Shown here in pieces: positions 32,200 through 42,450 of a stretch of 64,000 nucleotides of DNA (positions are counted from its first letter, which is position 1; every line of letters starts with the position of its first letter). The stretch spans positions 558,001-622,000 of the forward strand of contig CP128821.1 in the NCBI GenBank assembly GCA_051546255.1, given 5' to 3'. The notes under the pieces are model-generated. The model made no database searches and was not told where the DNA came from. It saw only the letters and a list, made by a program, of their open reading frames with translations. The position numbers were made by a program, and so were the translations under genes. The DNA is from Meyerozyma guilliermondii. Taxonomy: Eukaryota.

Positions 32200-33084
32200 T
32201 CAAAACTTGTACACGTTCTCCTTGGTGTATCCCAACTCAGCCAACACACCCGTCACTTCTCCCTGATCCGTAGGCGAAACCTTGACACCAGAAAGCGCCT
32301 TGTACAAGCCAGGAGGTCCACAAACGAAAACCTTCGAGTCCTTCGATGGACCGGGCAAATTCGATTGCAAAAATTCCTTGTCAATGTGACCAGTTTCACC
32401 CTTCCAGTTGGCCAGAGCCTTGTCGACAAAGTAGGTGATACTCACCTGGTCCTTGTGCTTTTCGGCAATATCATCCAATTCTTTCTTAATCAAGATATCT
32501 TCCTCGGTGAGGTTACCATAGAACAACTTGACCTTGGTCTTGTCTTCAGGGTTCTTGGTGATCTCGTGCAACAATTGGTACAATGGAGTGATACCAGTGC
32601 CTCCTCCAATGAGAGCAATCGATTGGAATTGGTTGGGTTCCCATTTCCACTTGACAATGGGTCCCTTGAAAGACACGGTATCGCCCTCTTTCAATCCATG
32701 GAAGTGTGTGGACATCTTACCGCCATCATACTTTTTGATAACAAAGTCAATGGTGCCCTTTTGGTCAACGTCGGAAACGGGTGTGTAAGGTCTAATGACA
32801 TTGTTACCCTTGGCGGTGACGAATTTTGTCATCAAACAAGAAGCCGTGACCAAGCCGGATACATCTTCCGGGGACTTGAGTTCAAAAACGAAATGGCGAG
32901 TGTTACTACTAACATCCCACAGTTTTTTCAATTTTAAGTCGATCCATTCGTCACCACCCTTGAAAGTTTTGGCGGTGTCATTTTGGATGGAAAGGGAGGA
33001 ATAATGGTAAACAAGACCAATTGAAGTGGCTGCTGCCACCACAGGCAATAATACACGAGGCTGGGTGAATCTAGCTAAAGACAT
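32200..33084 (-). CDS. MCR1: Mitochondrial NADH-cytochrome b5 reductase
   Basis: RPYTP, GKMS, GGTGITP, VCGPPG; start placed at MSLARF. Confidence 0.95.
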   Translation of the reverse strand: MSLARFTQPRVLLPVVAAATSIGLVYHYSSLSIQNDTAKTFKGGDEWIDLKLKKLWDVSSNTRHFVFELKSPEDVSGLVTASCLMTKFVTAKGNNVIRPYTPVSDVDQKGTIDFVIKKYDGGKMSTHFHGLKEGDTVSFKGPIVKWKWEPNQFQSIALIGGGTGITPLYQLLHEITKNPEDKTKVKLFYGNLTEEDILIKKELDDIAEKHKDQVSITYFVDKALANWKGETGHIDKEFLQSNLPGPSKDSKVFVCGPPGLYKALSGVKVSPTDQGEVTGVLAELGYTKENVYKF

Positions 33085-33231
33085 CAAAAAGGTGTGGTTC
33101 GAGTGTGTGCCGGTGGGAACGGGCCGTTTTATAGGTTGCGGACGTGGGGCCAGGTGCAGGAAGGTTGCTACACCCAACGCACCACTACAAACTCCACTAC
33201 TCCCCACAGTTTTTTGGAATCTTTCTTAATT

Positions 33232-34272
33232 ATGTCAATTGCCCATAAAAGTCGCACAGAGCTTTTGACGCTTGCGAGGACGTTGGTCCAGCCATTATCG
33301 AGTCGTTTCCACAAGGGCCAAGCTGGAAAAATTGCTGTAATTGGAGGTTCGGAGGACTATACTGGAGCGCCATTTTTTGCGGCTCATTCGGCCGCCACCG
33401 TAGGTGCAGACTTGAGCCACGTTGTATGTGAGATTGGGGCCGCTACGGTCATAAAGAGCTACTCACCAGACCTTATGGTCCATCCTTATTTGCAGGAAGC
33501 TGCCCATGCTCCCAAAGCCATAGGCGACAAAGTGCGAAAAATTCCGTTGGAAAAACTTCCTGAAGCCAATGCTGAAGTGGATTCGTATGTGGACGAAAAT
33601 GTCATGCCCAAAGTGCTTGCATTGCTTGAACGAATCGATGTGGTGGTGTTGGGACCGGGTTTTGGTCGCGACCATCTTATGCTTCGCACTTTGGTGAAGA
33701 TACTCGAGCAGATAAAAGTGATGAATAAACCTGTTATATTGGATGCCGATGCACTCTTCTTGGTTGCCAAGGCGCCGCTGGTGGTGAAAAACTATAAGAA
33801 TGCAATATTGACTCCAAATGTGGTGGAATTTGGTCGTCTCGCCGAAGCGGTTGGAGTCGATCCAAAAGCGGATTCGGCCGACGGAGCCATGCAGCTTTCG
33901 AAGGCGCTTGGCGGCGTGACCGTGGTTCGAAAAGGAGCTCAGGAAATCATTGCTCAGGAAGATTTGCATGTCGTTAGTGATGCCCCAGGACTGCCCCGCC
34001 GAGTCGGAGGTCAAGGAGATACACTCACAGGAGCCATAGCCACGTTTGTAGCATGGGCACAGAACTACCATCGCGGATTATGGGACGTTTCAACAAACCT
34101 TTCAAAACAGGAACTGAGAATTATTGCCTGTTTTGCAGCCGCCAATGTAGTGCGAGAAGCGTCCCGGTTAGCATTTGCTTCCAAACGCCGCGCCATGCAG
34201 ACCAGCGACGTGCACAACCACCTTGGAGAAGCCTACGAAACATTGATCGGATCGGAGCACGGAAAGATGTGA
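33232..34272 (+). CDS. NNR2: ATP-dependent NAD(P)HX dehydratase
   Basis: HKGQAGKIAVIGGSEDYTGAP, GPGFGR, DADAL, LTPNVVEF, RRVGGQGDTLTG. Confidence 0.93.
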   Translation: MSIAHKSRTELLTLARTLVQPLSSRFHKGQAGKIAVIGGSEDYTGAPFFAAHSAATVGADLSHVVCEIGAATVIKSYSPDLMVHPYLQEAAHAPKAIGDKVRKIPLEKLPEANAEVDSYVDENVMPKVLALLERIDVVVLGPGFGRDHLMLRTLVKILEQIKVMNKPVILDADALFLVAKAPLVVKNYKNAILTPNVVEFGRLAEAVGVDPKADSADGAMQLSKALGGVTVVRKGAQEIIAQEDLHVVSDAPGLPRRVGGQGDTLTGAIATFVAWAQNYHRGLWDVSTNLSKQELRIIACFAAANVVREASRLAFASKRRAMQTSDVHNHLGEAYETLIGSEHGKM

Positions 34273-34433
34273 AATAAGACATAAGAGTACATATAGGAAT
34301 ATATTTGATTGTGCACCGTTCACTTAGTACACCCAGTGCACCGCACTATCTCACCTTATCTCTTTTACTTGGCTTTTGCACCCCTGCACCATCTCCCCAC
34401 ATCTGTGCGAAATCCTCGGCATTATTCATCATC

Positions 34434-35753
34434 ATGGATGCCAGTTGTGGTCCATCAAATGCGCTCCAGCAGCTTTCCAAGCACTCCCAGCGGGACAACA
34501 GTCTTCAGCATGAACACATGAGACACCCAGGTGGCCCTGGAGGCAACCAAGCTTTCCGAGGGACTCAATATGATGCTAATTTGAATCGTGAATTTCACCA
34601 ATTTTCCGATCCTAGTTCCGGGGCAGCTTTCGAGGGTCCAAAGCATCGATTTCAGGCCCCGGCTCGTCAGACACCAAGCTGGGTTCTGGATTTTTCAAAT
34701 ATGTCGTTGGAGAGAAAAGAATGGGCGAGTCAGTTCAGACCGAGCCAGAATCAGAATCAAAACCAGTATCAGAACCAGAACCAAATTCAGCAGCCGATTC
34801 AAAATCAGATCCAAAATCAGAACCAGAACCAGTTTCAGAACCAATTCCAATTCCAGAATCAGTTTCAGTTTCAAAACCAATACTTGAACCAGTCTCAGAA
34901 TCACCCTCAGAACCAATACTTGAACCAACCTTTCAGACTCAACATGCGCACAGATTTGTCCACTCCCTTGCAAGGACCCATCACGGAACACCAGGAAATA
35001 CACAGAGACGATCATCGGCAGTTGGCATTTGACGAGCAGTTTGACCGTTTGGAGCAAGAATTGGCTCAAGCTGAAACTCATAATGAAATGGACAAAGAAG
35101 AATTTGCGCGTACAGCCGGAAGGGTCAAGGAAACCATGCTTGTAGATAACCCAGAGAGGAGTGAAGAAACCACACAAAAGTTTCAACAATCAAATTTTCT
35201 CAAACTCATGACTTCAATTCATGATCGCAGCGTTGAGATATCGGACGAAGGAGACAAATTAGTTGATAGAAGTGGTCAAGATATCCGTGAAAAACCAGAG
35301 ACTGAATCCACAGGAACTACAGAAACTACAGATTCTACAAGAGAAACCAATTTGCAAGGCCCAGATTATCATGCTGCGATGCACGATACACAAGATTCGT
35401 TTTCTCTCCAACATTCACAATTGAATTCGCAACTAAATTCGCAACTAAATTCACAATCAAATTCAGAATTGCAACCAAATTCACAATTACAATCGAACCC
35501 AATTTCACAGGAATCTGTCCAGCCCCAGAACAGACTTCCCGACCCTCTTGCGCACATAAAAGATGGAGCTTTGCCTGAGTTTCTCGATCCTCTACAAGCA
35601 GCCAAAATCGTCAGTGGAAATCAAGTCAAAACTGGTGACTGGATGCCGACCGACGACGACTGGTTGGATATGACTACAAAGCAAAATAGTATCGTTAGCC
35701 AAGAATGGCAAGAGATGTATGATGATTACAGACACGACGACGACGCTCACTAA
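34434..35753 (+). CDS. PEX21: PTS2 co-receptor (Pex20/Pex21 family)
   Basis: N-terminal conserved Cys (MDASCGPSNAL), WxxxF motif (WASQF), Pex7-binding KFQQSNFLKLM; no TPRs. Confidence 0.8.
   Translation: MDASCGPSNALQQLSKHSQRDNSLQHEHMRHPGGPGGNQAFRGTQYDANLNREFHQFSDPSSGAAFEGPKHRFQAPARQTPSWVLDFSNMSLERKEWASQFRPSQNQNQNQYQNQNQIQQPIQNQIQNQNQNQFQNQFQFQNQFQFQNQYLNQSQNHPQNQYLNQPFRLNMRTDLSTPLQGPITEHQEIHRDDHRQLAFDEQFDRLEQELAQAETHNEMDKEEFARTAGRVKETMLVDNPERSEETTQKFQQSNFLKLMTSIHDRSVEISDEGDKLVDRSGQDIREKPETESTGTTETTDSTRETNLQGPDYHAAMHDTQDSFSLQHSQLNSQLNSQLNSQSNSELQPNSQLQSNPISQESVQPQNRLPDPLAHIKDGALPEFLDPLQAAKIVSGNQVKTGDWMPTDDDWLDMTTKQNSIVSQEWQEMYDDYRHDDDAH
34746..34930 (+). repeat. Coding Q/N hexamer repeat (CAGAAT/CAGAAC-like) inside the PEX20/21 gene
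   Basis: Encodes QNQNQNQYQNQNQIQQPIQNQIQNQNQNQFQNQFQFQNQFQFQNQ. Confidence 0.85.
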
Positions 35754-35918
35754 GCCGAAGAGAGTGGAGAAGAATCGGTTTTAAAAATAAAGTTTGACGA
35801 TGGGTTCGGAAAAATCTCGGAAAAATTATCAAAAGAAATTTAGGTTTAGTTTGGTGTCAATCGTATTGACTTTATTTCCGGTCTGATCAACATTTTCATC
35901 TATCTTATTGATGTAGCG

Positions 35919-36072
35919 TGACGTCATGTTTACGTGGAGATTACGTGGCGATTACGTCGTCGTTGCGTCTTTCTATCTTATCACCATTAGGAAAAAAGGC
36001 ATCGCCGCATAGTGTGCGGCGCCATTACGTAGGTGTTATGTCACCCGACCGTTGCAAGTCGGTGTTACGTCA
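35919..36072. promoter_or_regulatory. Cluster of CRE/bZIP (Sko1-type) sites upstream of GPD
   Basis: TGACGTCA 35919-35926; TTACGT at 35930, 35941, 35952, 36025; TTACGTCA 36065-36072. Confidence 0.65.
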
Positions 36073-36391
36073 TATCGCCGAAAGGCGCTTAAGAACCGGA
36101 TTTTGACATACGGTCTGGCCCTAATCCCGATGGTCGATGAACGGTAACCACCAGAACAGAAATCACTAACAACTTGTTGCGCCAACTAAATGGTTTTTCC
36201 GCCGGAGTTGTGGCCCCACCCTCGGAAATGGCGCAGTTCCGGCCGCCGATTTTTTAAATTTTTTAAATTTTTGGGCGGCAGCTGCCCTCGGAATTTACCC
36301 ATTCTTTTCTTTTTGATTTCCGAGGGTGGTTATCGGACTTTTCTTTTTTCCCGCTATATAAGCAGCCACTTTCGCCATTTCGTTATCAGCA

Positions 36392-37507
36392 ATGACTACC
36401 ACTCCTTACTCTATTCCAAAGCCATTTAAAGTTTGCATTATCGGTTCCGGTAATTGGGGAACTGCTGTGGCCAAGTTGGTGGCAGAGAACACTGCAGAAA
36501 AACCACAAATCTTTGAAAAAGATGTTCAAATGTGGGTTTTTGAAGAACAAATCGAGGGTAAAAATCTTACTTCCATTATCAATGAACAACATGAAAATGT
36601 CAAATACTTGCCCGGAATCAAGCTTCCTGAAAACTTGATTGCTAATCCTGATGTGGTATCCACTGTGGAAGGCGCTGACCTTTTGGTGTTCAACATTCCT
36701 CATCAATTTCTTCCTCGTGTTTGCAAGCAATTGGTGGGTAAGGTTTCTCCAAATGCCCGTGCCATCAGTTGTCTTAAGGGTCTCGAGGTTAACTCTGAGG
36801 GATGCAAATTGTTATCCCAATCCATCACTGACACTTTGGGAATATACTGTGGTGTATTGAGTGGAGCCAACATTGCTACTGAAGTTGCCAAGGAACGTTG
36901 GTCGGAAACCACCATTGCATACTGTGTTCCTCCTGACTTCCGTGGAGCCGGTCACGACGTAGACGAATACGTTTTGAAGCAATTGTTCCACAGAACATAT
37001 TTCCATGTTAGAGTGATTCAGGATGTTGCTGGTGCTTCCATAGCCGGAGCATTGAAAAATGTTGTTGCTATTGCTGCTGGTTTCGTCGAGGGTGCCGGCT
37101 GGGGAGACAATGCCAAGGCTGCGGTGATGAGAATAGGACTCAAGGAGATTATTCACTTTGCTTCTTACTACAAGAAGTTTGGAATCAAAGCTCTTGTGGA
37201 CCCTCAATCCACCACATTTACCGAAGAAAGTGCCGGTGTTGCCGACTTGATCACCACCTGTTCCGGTGGTAGAAACGTCAAGGTTGCCCGTTACATGATC
37301 GAGCACAAGGTGGATGCTTGGGAAGCCGAAAAGACTTTGCTCAATGGTCAATCATCGCAAGGTATTTTGACCGCAAAAGAGGTGCACGAATTGTTGGAAA
37401 ACTACGACTTGAAACAAGAGTTTCCTTTGTTCGAGGCCACATACAAGGTGATCTACGAGAACACCGATGTCAACGACTTTCCAACGGTGTTGGAAGCCGA
37501 CGATTAA
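36392..37507 (+). CDS. GPD1: NAD+-dependent glycerol-3-phosphate dehydrogenase (GPD1/GPD2 family; paralog not resolved)
   Basis: IIGSGNWGT, HENVKYLP, LSGANIA, GALKNVVA, DLITTCSGGRN. Confidence 0.95.
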   Translation: MTTTPYSIPKPFKVCIIGSGNWGTAVAKLVAENTAEKPQIFEKDVQMWVFEEQIEGKNLTSIINEQHENVKYLPGIKLPENLIANPDVVSTVEGADLLVFNIPHQFLPRVCKQLVGKVSPNARAISCLKGLEVNSEGCKLLSQSITDTLGIYCGVLSGANIATEVAKERWSETTIAYCVPPDFRGAGHDVDEYVLKQLFHRTYFHVRVIQDVAGASIAGALKNVVAIAAGFVEGAGWGDNAKAAVMRIGLKEIIHFASYYKKFGIKALVDPQSTTFTEESAGVADLITTCSGGRNVKVARYMIEHKVDAWEAEKTLLNGQSSQGILTAKEVHELLENYDLKQEFPLFEATYKVIYENTDVNDFPTVLEADD

Positions 37508-37754
37508 TGTACATTAGTTATAGAGCATAGAATAGAAGAAGCAAAAAAGAAGCAAAATAAAAAGTAGAGTAAGTAACAAACACGAAAAGGTTATACATTC
37601 GAACGAATGAAACTAATTCAGTGACATCTAATAAGTTGATCTTGTTTTCTATTCTTTCGTCTCTTTCTTCTGTCGCACTCTCTACTGTCTCGCTCGCTCG
37701 CTCTGCTCGTTCGCGCGCGCTCGTTTCGCCTTCCCCACAACTATTCAATATATC

Positions 37755-38825
37755 ATGGCCGAAATAGAAAACATAGTAAGCTACGTACCCAAATACTACC
37801 AGAATCTGCCCACGTCAGTGTGGAGCCGTCTTCCCAGTACCCGAAGGTCGGCAGTTTTCATACTTTTGTTCCTTGGAAAAATGGGTGAATTAAGAGTCAT
37901 TTTGACAAAACGATCTTCTCAGCTTCGCAACTTTCCTGGCCATATATCGTTACCAGGAGGCAAGGCTGACTCGGACTCGGAAACAGAATGGCAGGTTGCT
38001 CGGCGAGAAATGGAAGAAGAAATCGGGATCAGTGCCGACAACGAAAAGCTCAAGAAGAACTTTGGGTTCAGCATTGACCATCTAAAAGTGCTTCCTTGTT
38101 ATCTTTCAAGGACGTTTCTGGCGGTCCGGCCGTGTGTGGGGTTTATGAAGTTTGGCAATGATGTCCTGGAGTCGGAATTGATCCACAACTTGACATTGAC
38201 TCTCAATCCTGGCGAGAGCTCTGGCATCTTTTCCTGCCCATTGCGTGACTTTCTACACCCTACAGTGGACGAGGAGCCCAGCGAGAGCATCGAGAGGCAG
38301 TCACATTCTGTCCATTGGGGCTCAATTCCGTGGAATTTGCGGTCGTATATTTTCCCACAGAAAAAGCTAAACGAGCCCACCTGGCTCCACGACATCCAGG
38401 ATCTTCTGGAAGAGGACTATTCCGACGAAGACGAGATCGCCAAGCGCGAGCAGACACCCCCAACTTCAGATTCTTCAGAGAAAGCTTCGAAGAAGCAAAA
38501 ACTCTCACTGTGGGGTCGGCTCGGATCTCGCCGAGACTCCGAAACTCAAGAACGCATCTACGACGTATGGGGACTCACAGCCAATATTCTCCATGATTTG
38601 GCCAAAATAACCTACGGACACGCCGGAGGAATCCAGGGCGAAGAGGAACTCATCTACAGTGTGTGGCATCATGGCAATCAGATGCGCCAAAAGGAACGAT
38701 CTCCAGAAGAAGCCAAACTCATCAATGCCACTATATCCGACAATTACGGGTTCCTGGACATTCTTCCACGGCAGGAGTTCCTTCGGTTGAAGAAATTGTA
38801 TCGTGGAGGAGACGTCAAGATGTAG
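37755..38825 (+). CDS. PCD1: Nudix CoA diphosphatase (Pcd1/NUDT7-like)
   Basis: LTKRSSQLRNFPGHISLPGG NuCoA motif, ARREMEEEIG Nudix box, VWGLTA. Confidence 0.9.
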   Translation: MAEIENIVSYVPKYYQNLPTSVWSRLPSTRRSAVFILLFLGKMGELRVILTKRSSQLRNFPGHISLPGGKADSDSETEWQVARREMEEEIGISADNEKLKKNFGFSIDHLKVLPCYLSRTFLAVRPCVGFMKFGNDVLESELIHNLTLTLNPGESSGIFSCPLRDFLHPTVDEEPSESIERQSHSVHWGSIPWNLRSYIFPQKKLNEPTWLHDIQDLLEEDYSDEDEIAKREQTPPTSDSSEKASKKQKLSLWGRLGSRRDSETQERIYDVWGLTANILHDLAKITYGHAGGIQGEEELIYSVWHHGNQMRQKERSPEEAKLINATISDNYGFLDILPRQEFLRLKKLYRGGDVKM

Positions 38826-38880
38826 GATAATTTATTAGATAATTCATATATTTATTTCTCAATTCATTTTCAGTGTAACT

Positions 38881-39444
38881 ATGGGAGACGAAAAGACTGT
38901 CGAGTTGCTCGAGCTAGTGTCTCAGTATGAGCAATTGTGCAACGACAAGCTTCGAACTGACTTTATTGATGGATTTTTTACCCTTGGAAGAGCCAACTAC
39001 AATTCTGGTTCCGTGAAAAAATACGGCGTAGATTCGCTAGATATGAGACCACACGAACCGGGGATAATAGTGGAGGTGGGGGATCAGATGAGCGTGAAAA
39101 AAGTAGAAAAAGAAGACAAAAATGCAAAAAAGGCACAAAATGATGGAATAATGAACGACGATAATGAATTACGTGAACTGGAAAATGACGAAAATAGTAA
39201 CAAAACTACGCTTCGAAATCGAAAACGCTCCGAAAAATCCACTTCAAATACAGTCCCATCCACCAAAGAAACAAAACAACCAGAAAAACCATCTTTTAAT
39301 CCACTACTTCAGTTTGGTGGCTTGGTGCCTTATCAGCTCCGCCAGAGCCAACTACACTTTACTGCTGCCATTGAGCTGGCAGTGGAACGTTACAACTTGG
39401 CGGTTCGCATAGAAAAGCTAGTTGCGGAACTTGAGTCTGTATGA
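38881..39444 (+). CDS. VMA22: V-ATPase assembly factor (Vma22/CCDC115)
   Basis: GFFTLGRANY and NPLLQFGGLVPYQLRQSQ motifs. Confidence 0.85.
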   Translation: MGDEKTVELLELVSQYEQLCNDKLRTDFIDGFFTLGRANYNSGSVKKYGVDSLDMRPHEPGIIVEVGDQMSVKKVEKEDKNAKKAQNDGIMNDDNELRELENDENSNKTTLRNRKRSEKSTSNTVPSTKETKQPEKPSFNPLLQFGGLVPYQLRQSQLHFTAAIELAVERYNLAVRIEKLVAELESV

Positions 39445-39470
39445 GTCCAAGTAGTCAATTATCGATTATG

Positions 39471-40715
39471 CTAATCACTCATTTCTACATCGCTATAAAG
39501 ATCCAGATCGTTTTCGTAGTCCTCAGCTCTGATTTCTGGTTTTTCATCGTCTGAATCCGAGTCTGAACCTGAGCCATCAGCATTCATATCTTCGCCATTT
39601 TTCCTCGCCAACTTTCTCTTTTTCTTTTCCTCTTTGACCTTGAGTTTCGAAGCAACGTTGGCCTGCTGCTTAGCCCGGCGCTCCGCCTTCAACTTCTGCT
39701 TCAATGCGTGCTTCTCGTTGAGCTTCTGGATATCTTTTTCGTCCTTCGAAACTTGAGAATGGTATATCGTCTTGGACGAACCTATCAAGCCTTCTTCAAT
39801 CTTCATAAGCGTCATATTGATCCGAGGACCAAGCTCGGTCAACTTGATGGCCCGCTTTCTTGTGGGAGCGGTTTCGGTCTTTTCTGACTCTTTTTTCTTG
39901 GTAATAGCTTCATTGTTCTTGATCTCAACAATTGCGTCGTCTTCCACCTCGGAGTCAGACGTCACTCCGCCAACCGAATAGGGGTCAAGTAACATGTCAG
40001 CAACGTCGGTGGCCTTGGAAAGGTTGGGCAAGCTCTTTTTCAAGTTGTGGTGAGAATTGATCAATTTCTTGACGTTTCTGTTTCCGTCTACGAGCTTGGT
40101 GTTGATGGCATAATGACGAAGAGAAATCTCCTGGGTTTCTGGGTCTTTGTTGATCATAAGAACCCGCTGAATAGATGCAACGTTGGTCAGTTGGGGCTGA
40201 ATGGGAGGAAAGAGGTTCTGGAACATGGTGATGAGCAATTGTTCATGCTGAGAAGCCTCTTTCACTTTGCTTTGAAACCCATTCATCACCAAAAGTGGAG
40301 GGTTGTGGAATATCTTGGAGTCTTTTCCTGCCGATTTAGGTCTCTTGAGGATCCTAGAAACGTCCTTCATCAATGAGTACGAGTTTATTTTGAATTGCAA
40401 TGTTGGACCTCGAGGCATCTTTCCGAGTCTCAATGAAATGTTTCCCGATTCTTCAGACTGGTTGAAAATGAACAAATCACTAACTCCAAGTGGACCTGCC
40501 ATAACCACGAAATCTTTGAGCTTATTAGACTTCCGTTCCCGAAGATTGATGGCGGTATGGGGTTGCATTACATTTCTGAAATCCTTCACTAATTGGGTCA
40601 AGGAGTGGTTTCGCAAAGACGAGCCAATCCTCAACACCATAGAACGGGGAATCTTGGCTAATTCCTCTTCGGAAACCTTTCTATGTGTTCTTTTCTTTGT
40701 TCTTCTCTTGGCCAT
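39471..40715 (-). CDS. SSF1: Brix-domain 60S biogenesis factor (Ssf1/Peter Pan)
   Basis: MAKRRTKKRTH, MQPHTAINLRERKSNKLKDF, IKLTELGPR. Confidence 0.95.
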   Translation of the reverse strand: MAKRRTKKRTHRKVSEEELAKIPRSMVLRIGSSLRNHSLTQLVKDFRNVMQPHTAINLRERKSNKLKDFVVMAGPLGVSDLFIFNQSEESGNISLRLGKMPRGPTLQFKINSYSLMKDVSRILKRPKSAGKDSKIFHNPPLLVMNGFQSKVKEASQHEQLLITMFQNLFPPIQPQLTNVASIQRVLMINKDPETQEISLRHYAINTKLVDGNRNVKKLINSHHNLKKSLPNLSKATDVADMLLDPYSVGGVTSDSEVEDDAIVEIKNNEAITKKKESEKTETAPTRKRAIKLTELGPRINMTLMKIEEGLIGSSKTIYHSQVSKDEKDIQKLNEKHALKQKLKAERRAKQQANVASKLKVKEEKKKRKLARKNGEDMNADGSGSDSDSDDEKPEIRAEDYENDLDLYSDVEMSD

Positions 40716-40741
40716 AATTAATGAATGGAACAAGAAATGAT

Positions 40742-40980
40742 GCGATGAGCATCGAATTTTCCAGTATATGCAGGATCACCAGAACCACCAGAATCAGCAA
40801 AAGAAGCGATTGTGGTGAAGAAAGTCAAGACTGGGAAAATAGCCGCTTAGCTCACCATATTAACACCACCAATCTTTGGGAACAACCCCTTTCTCAAATA
40901 ATCGAGCTTTATCACTTTGACTCTTCTTCCTTTTCCTGGATGCAGTCTGTATCTCATAATCGCGAAAATTAACTCATCTC
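40742..40980. promoter_or_regulatory. PAC elements in the SSF1-RRP3 bidirectional promoter
   Basis: GCGATGAG 40742-40749 and CTCATCTC 40973-40980, each next to an AAATT/AATTTT (RRPE-like) run. Confidence 0.6.
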
Positions 40981-40988
40981 CATCTACC

Positions 40989-42416
40989 ATGGCATTGAAA
41001 CCCGAGAAAGTCAAGAGTTCCAAGCTGGCGAGCACAGTAGACGCGAAGCTGCTTGCGGAGAAGATCAAGAAGAATGCGTTAAAGCAGAAAAAACAGGCCC
41101 CCGTCACAGAAAAACCTGAAGAGATTGTTGAGACCACTTCGGAAGCTTCTCAAGATGTCAATTCTGAGCAACAATTCCACACTTTTCTGGAACTTAATCT
41201 AGTTCCTGAGCTCATGGAGGCGATAGAGAAGCTCAAGTATACTAAACCCACCCCTATCCAGTCCGGGGCTATTCCGCACGCTCTTGAAGGAAAAGATATC
41301 ATTGGTCTTGCGCAGACAGGTTCTGGTAAAACCGCCGCATTTGCCATTCCTATATTGCAGTCACTCTGGGAGGCACAGAGGCCATACTACGCCCTAGTTT
41401 TGGCCCCCACAAGAGAGTTGGCGTACCAAATCAAGGAAACTTTTGACGCTTTGGGATCAGGAATGGGAGTGAGATCCGTGTGTATTGTAGGAGGAATGGA
41501 CATGATGGACCAAGCACGAGATCTCATGAGGAAACCACACATTCTTGTGGCTACTCCAGGAAGAATCATGGACCACTTGGAAAACACAAAAGGGTTTAGT
41601 TTGAAGTCCTTACAGTACTTGGTGATGGATGAAGCAGATCGGTTGTTGGATATGGATTTTGGTCCTGCGTTGGATAAGATTCTCAAAGTGATTCCAACAA
41701 AGAGAACTACATACTTGTTCTCGGCTACAATGACCAACAAAATTGCAAAACTTCAAAGAGCTTCTTTGCACGAACCGGTAAAAGTTGCAGTTTCCAACAA
41801 GTACCAGACAGCCGATAATTTGGTACAATCTATGATGCTTGTAAGTGACGGGTACAAGAATACGTTTCTCATTCATTTATTGAACGAATTTATGGGCAAG
41901 TCTATTATCGTGTTCACAAGAACTTGTGCACACACTCAAAGATCCACACTTTTGGCACGAATTTTGGGATTTTCTGCGGTACCTCTTCATGGTCAATTGA
42001 CCCAGTCTCAGCGACTCGGCTCACTCAACAAGTTCAAATCTGGCAAAGCAAACATTTTGATCGCTACAGATGTCGCAGCCAGAGGTTTAGATATACCCTC
42101 GGTAGATGTGGTTATCAACTACGATATTCCTACAGATTCCAAGGCATACATTCACCGTGTGGGAAGAACCGCCAGAGCAGGAAAATCAGGCAAGTCCATT
42201 TCGTTGGTGACTCAATACGATTTGGAAATGTATCTCCGAATCGAAAGTGTTCTTGGCTTCAAGCTACCAAAAGATCCATCTCCACCAAGAGACGTCTTGA
42301 ATGCGTTGCACGTTCATGTCGATCGAGCCAGTGCCGAGGCCATCAAACAAACCAAAGACTTTCACGAGAAACGTACAAAGAAGAAGAGAGACGACAGAGA
42401 CCGAGAAGAGAGATGA
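40989..42416 (+). CDS. RRP3: DEAD-box rRNA helicase
   Basis: Q motif [34 protein letters not shown]. Confidence 0.95.
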   Translation: MALKPEKVKSSKLASTVDAKLLAEKIKKNALKQKKQAPVTEKPEEIVETTSEASQDVNSEQQFHTFLELNLVPELMEAIEKLKYTKPTPIQSGAIPHALEGKDIIGLAQTGSGKTAAFAIPILQSLWEAQRPYYALVLAPTRELAYQIKETFDALGSGMGVRSVCIVGGMDMMDQARDLMRKPHILVATPGRIMDHLENTKGFSLKSLQYLVMDEADRLLDMDFGPALDKILKVIPTKRTTYLFSATMTNKIAKLQRASLHEPVKVAVSNKYQTADNLVQSMMLVSDGYKNTFLIHLLNEFMGKSIIVFTRTCAHTQRSTLLARILGFSAVPLHGQLTQSQRLGSLNKFKSGKANILIATDVAARGLDIPSVDVVINYDIPTDSKAYIHRVGRTARAGKSGKSISLVTQYDLEMYLRIESVLGFKLPKDPSPPRDVLNALHVHVDRASAEAIKQTKDFHEKRTKKKRDDRDREER

Positions 42417-42450
42417 CAACAAAAATAATCATTTCTCATAATACATACAA

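Noticed and set aside
34721..35032. Alternative-frame ORF with SEPE repeats
   Set aside because: A frame-shifted reading of the Q/N repeat in the PEX20/21 gene.
3708..37507. GUT2 and GPD as a glycerol-phosphate shuttle cluster
   Set aside because: They are 30 kb apart with many unrelated genes between; likely chance.
37505..37570. Stop-codon read-through giving a peroxisomal GPD isoform
   Set aside because: The stop is TAA-TGT and the extension does not end in a PTS1.
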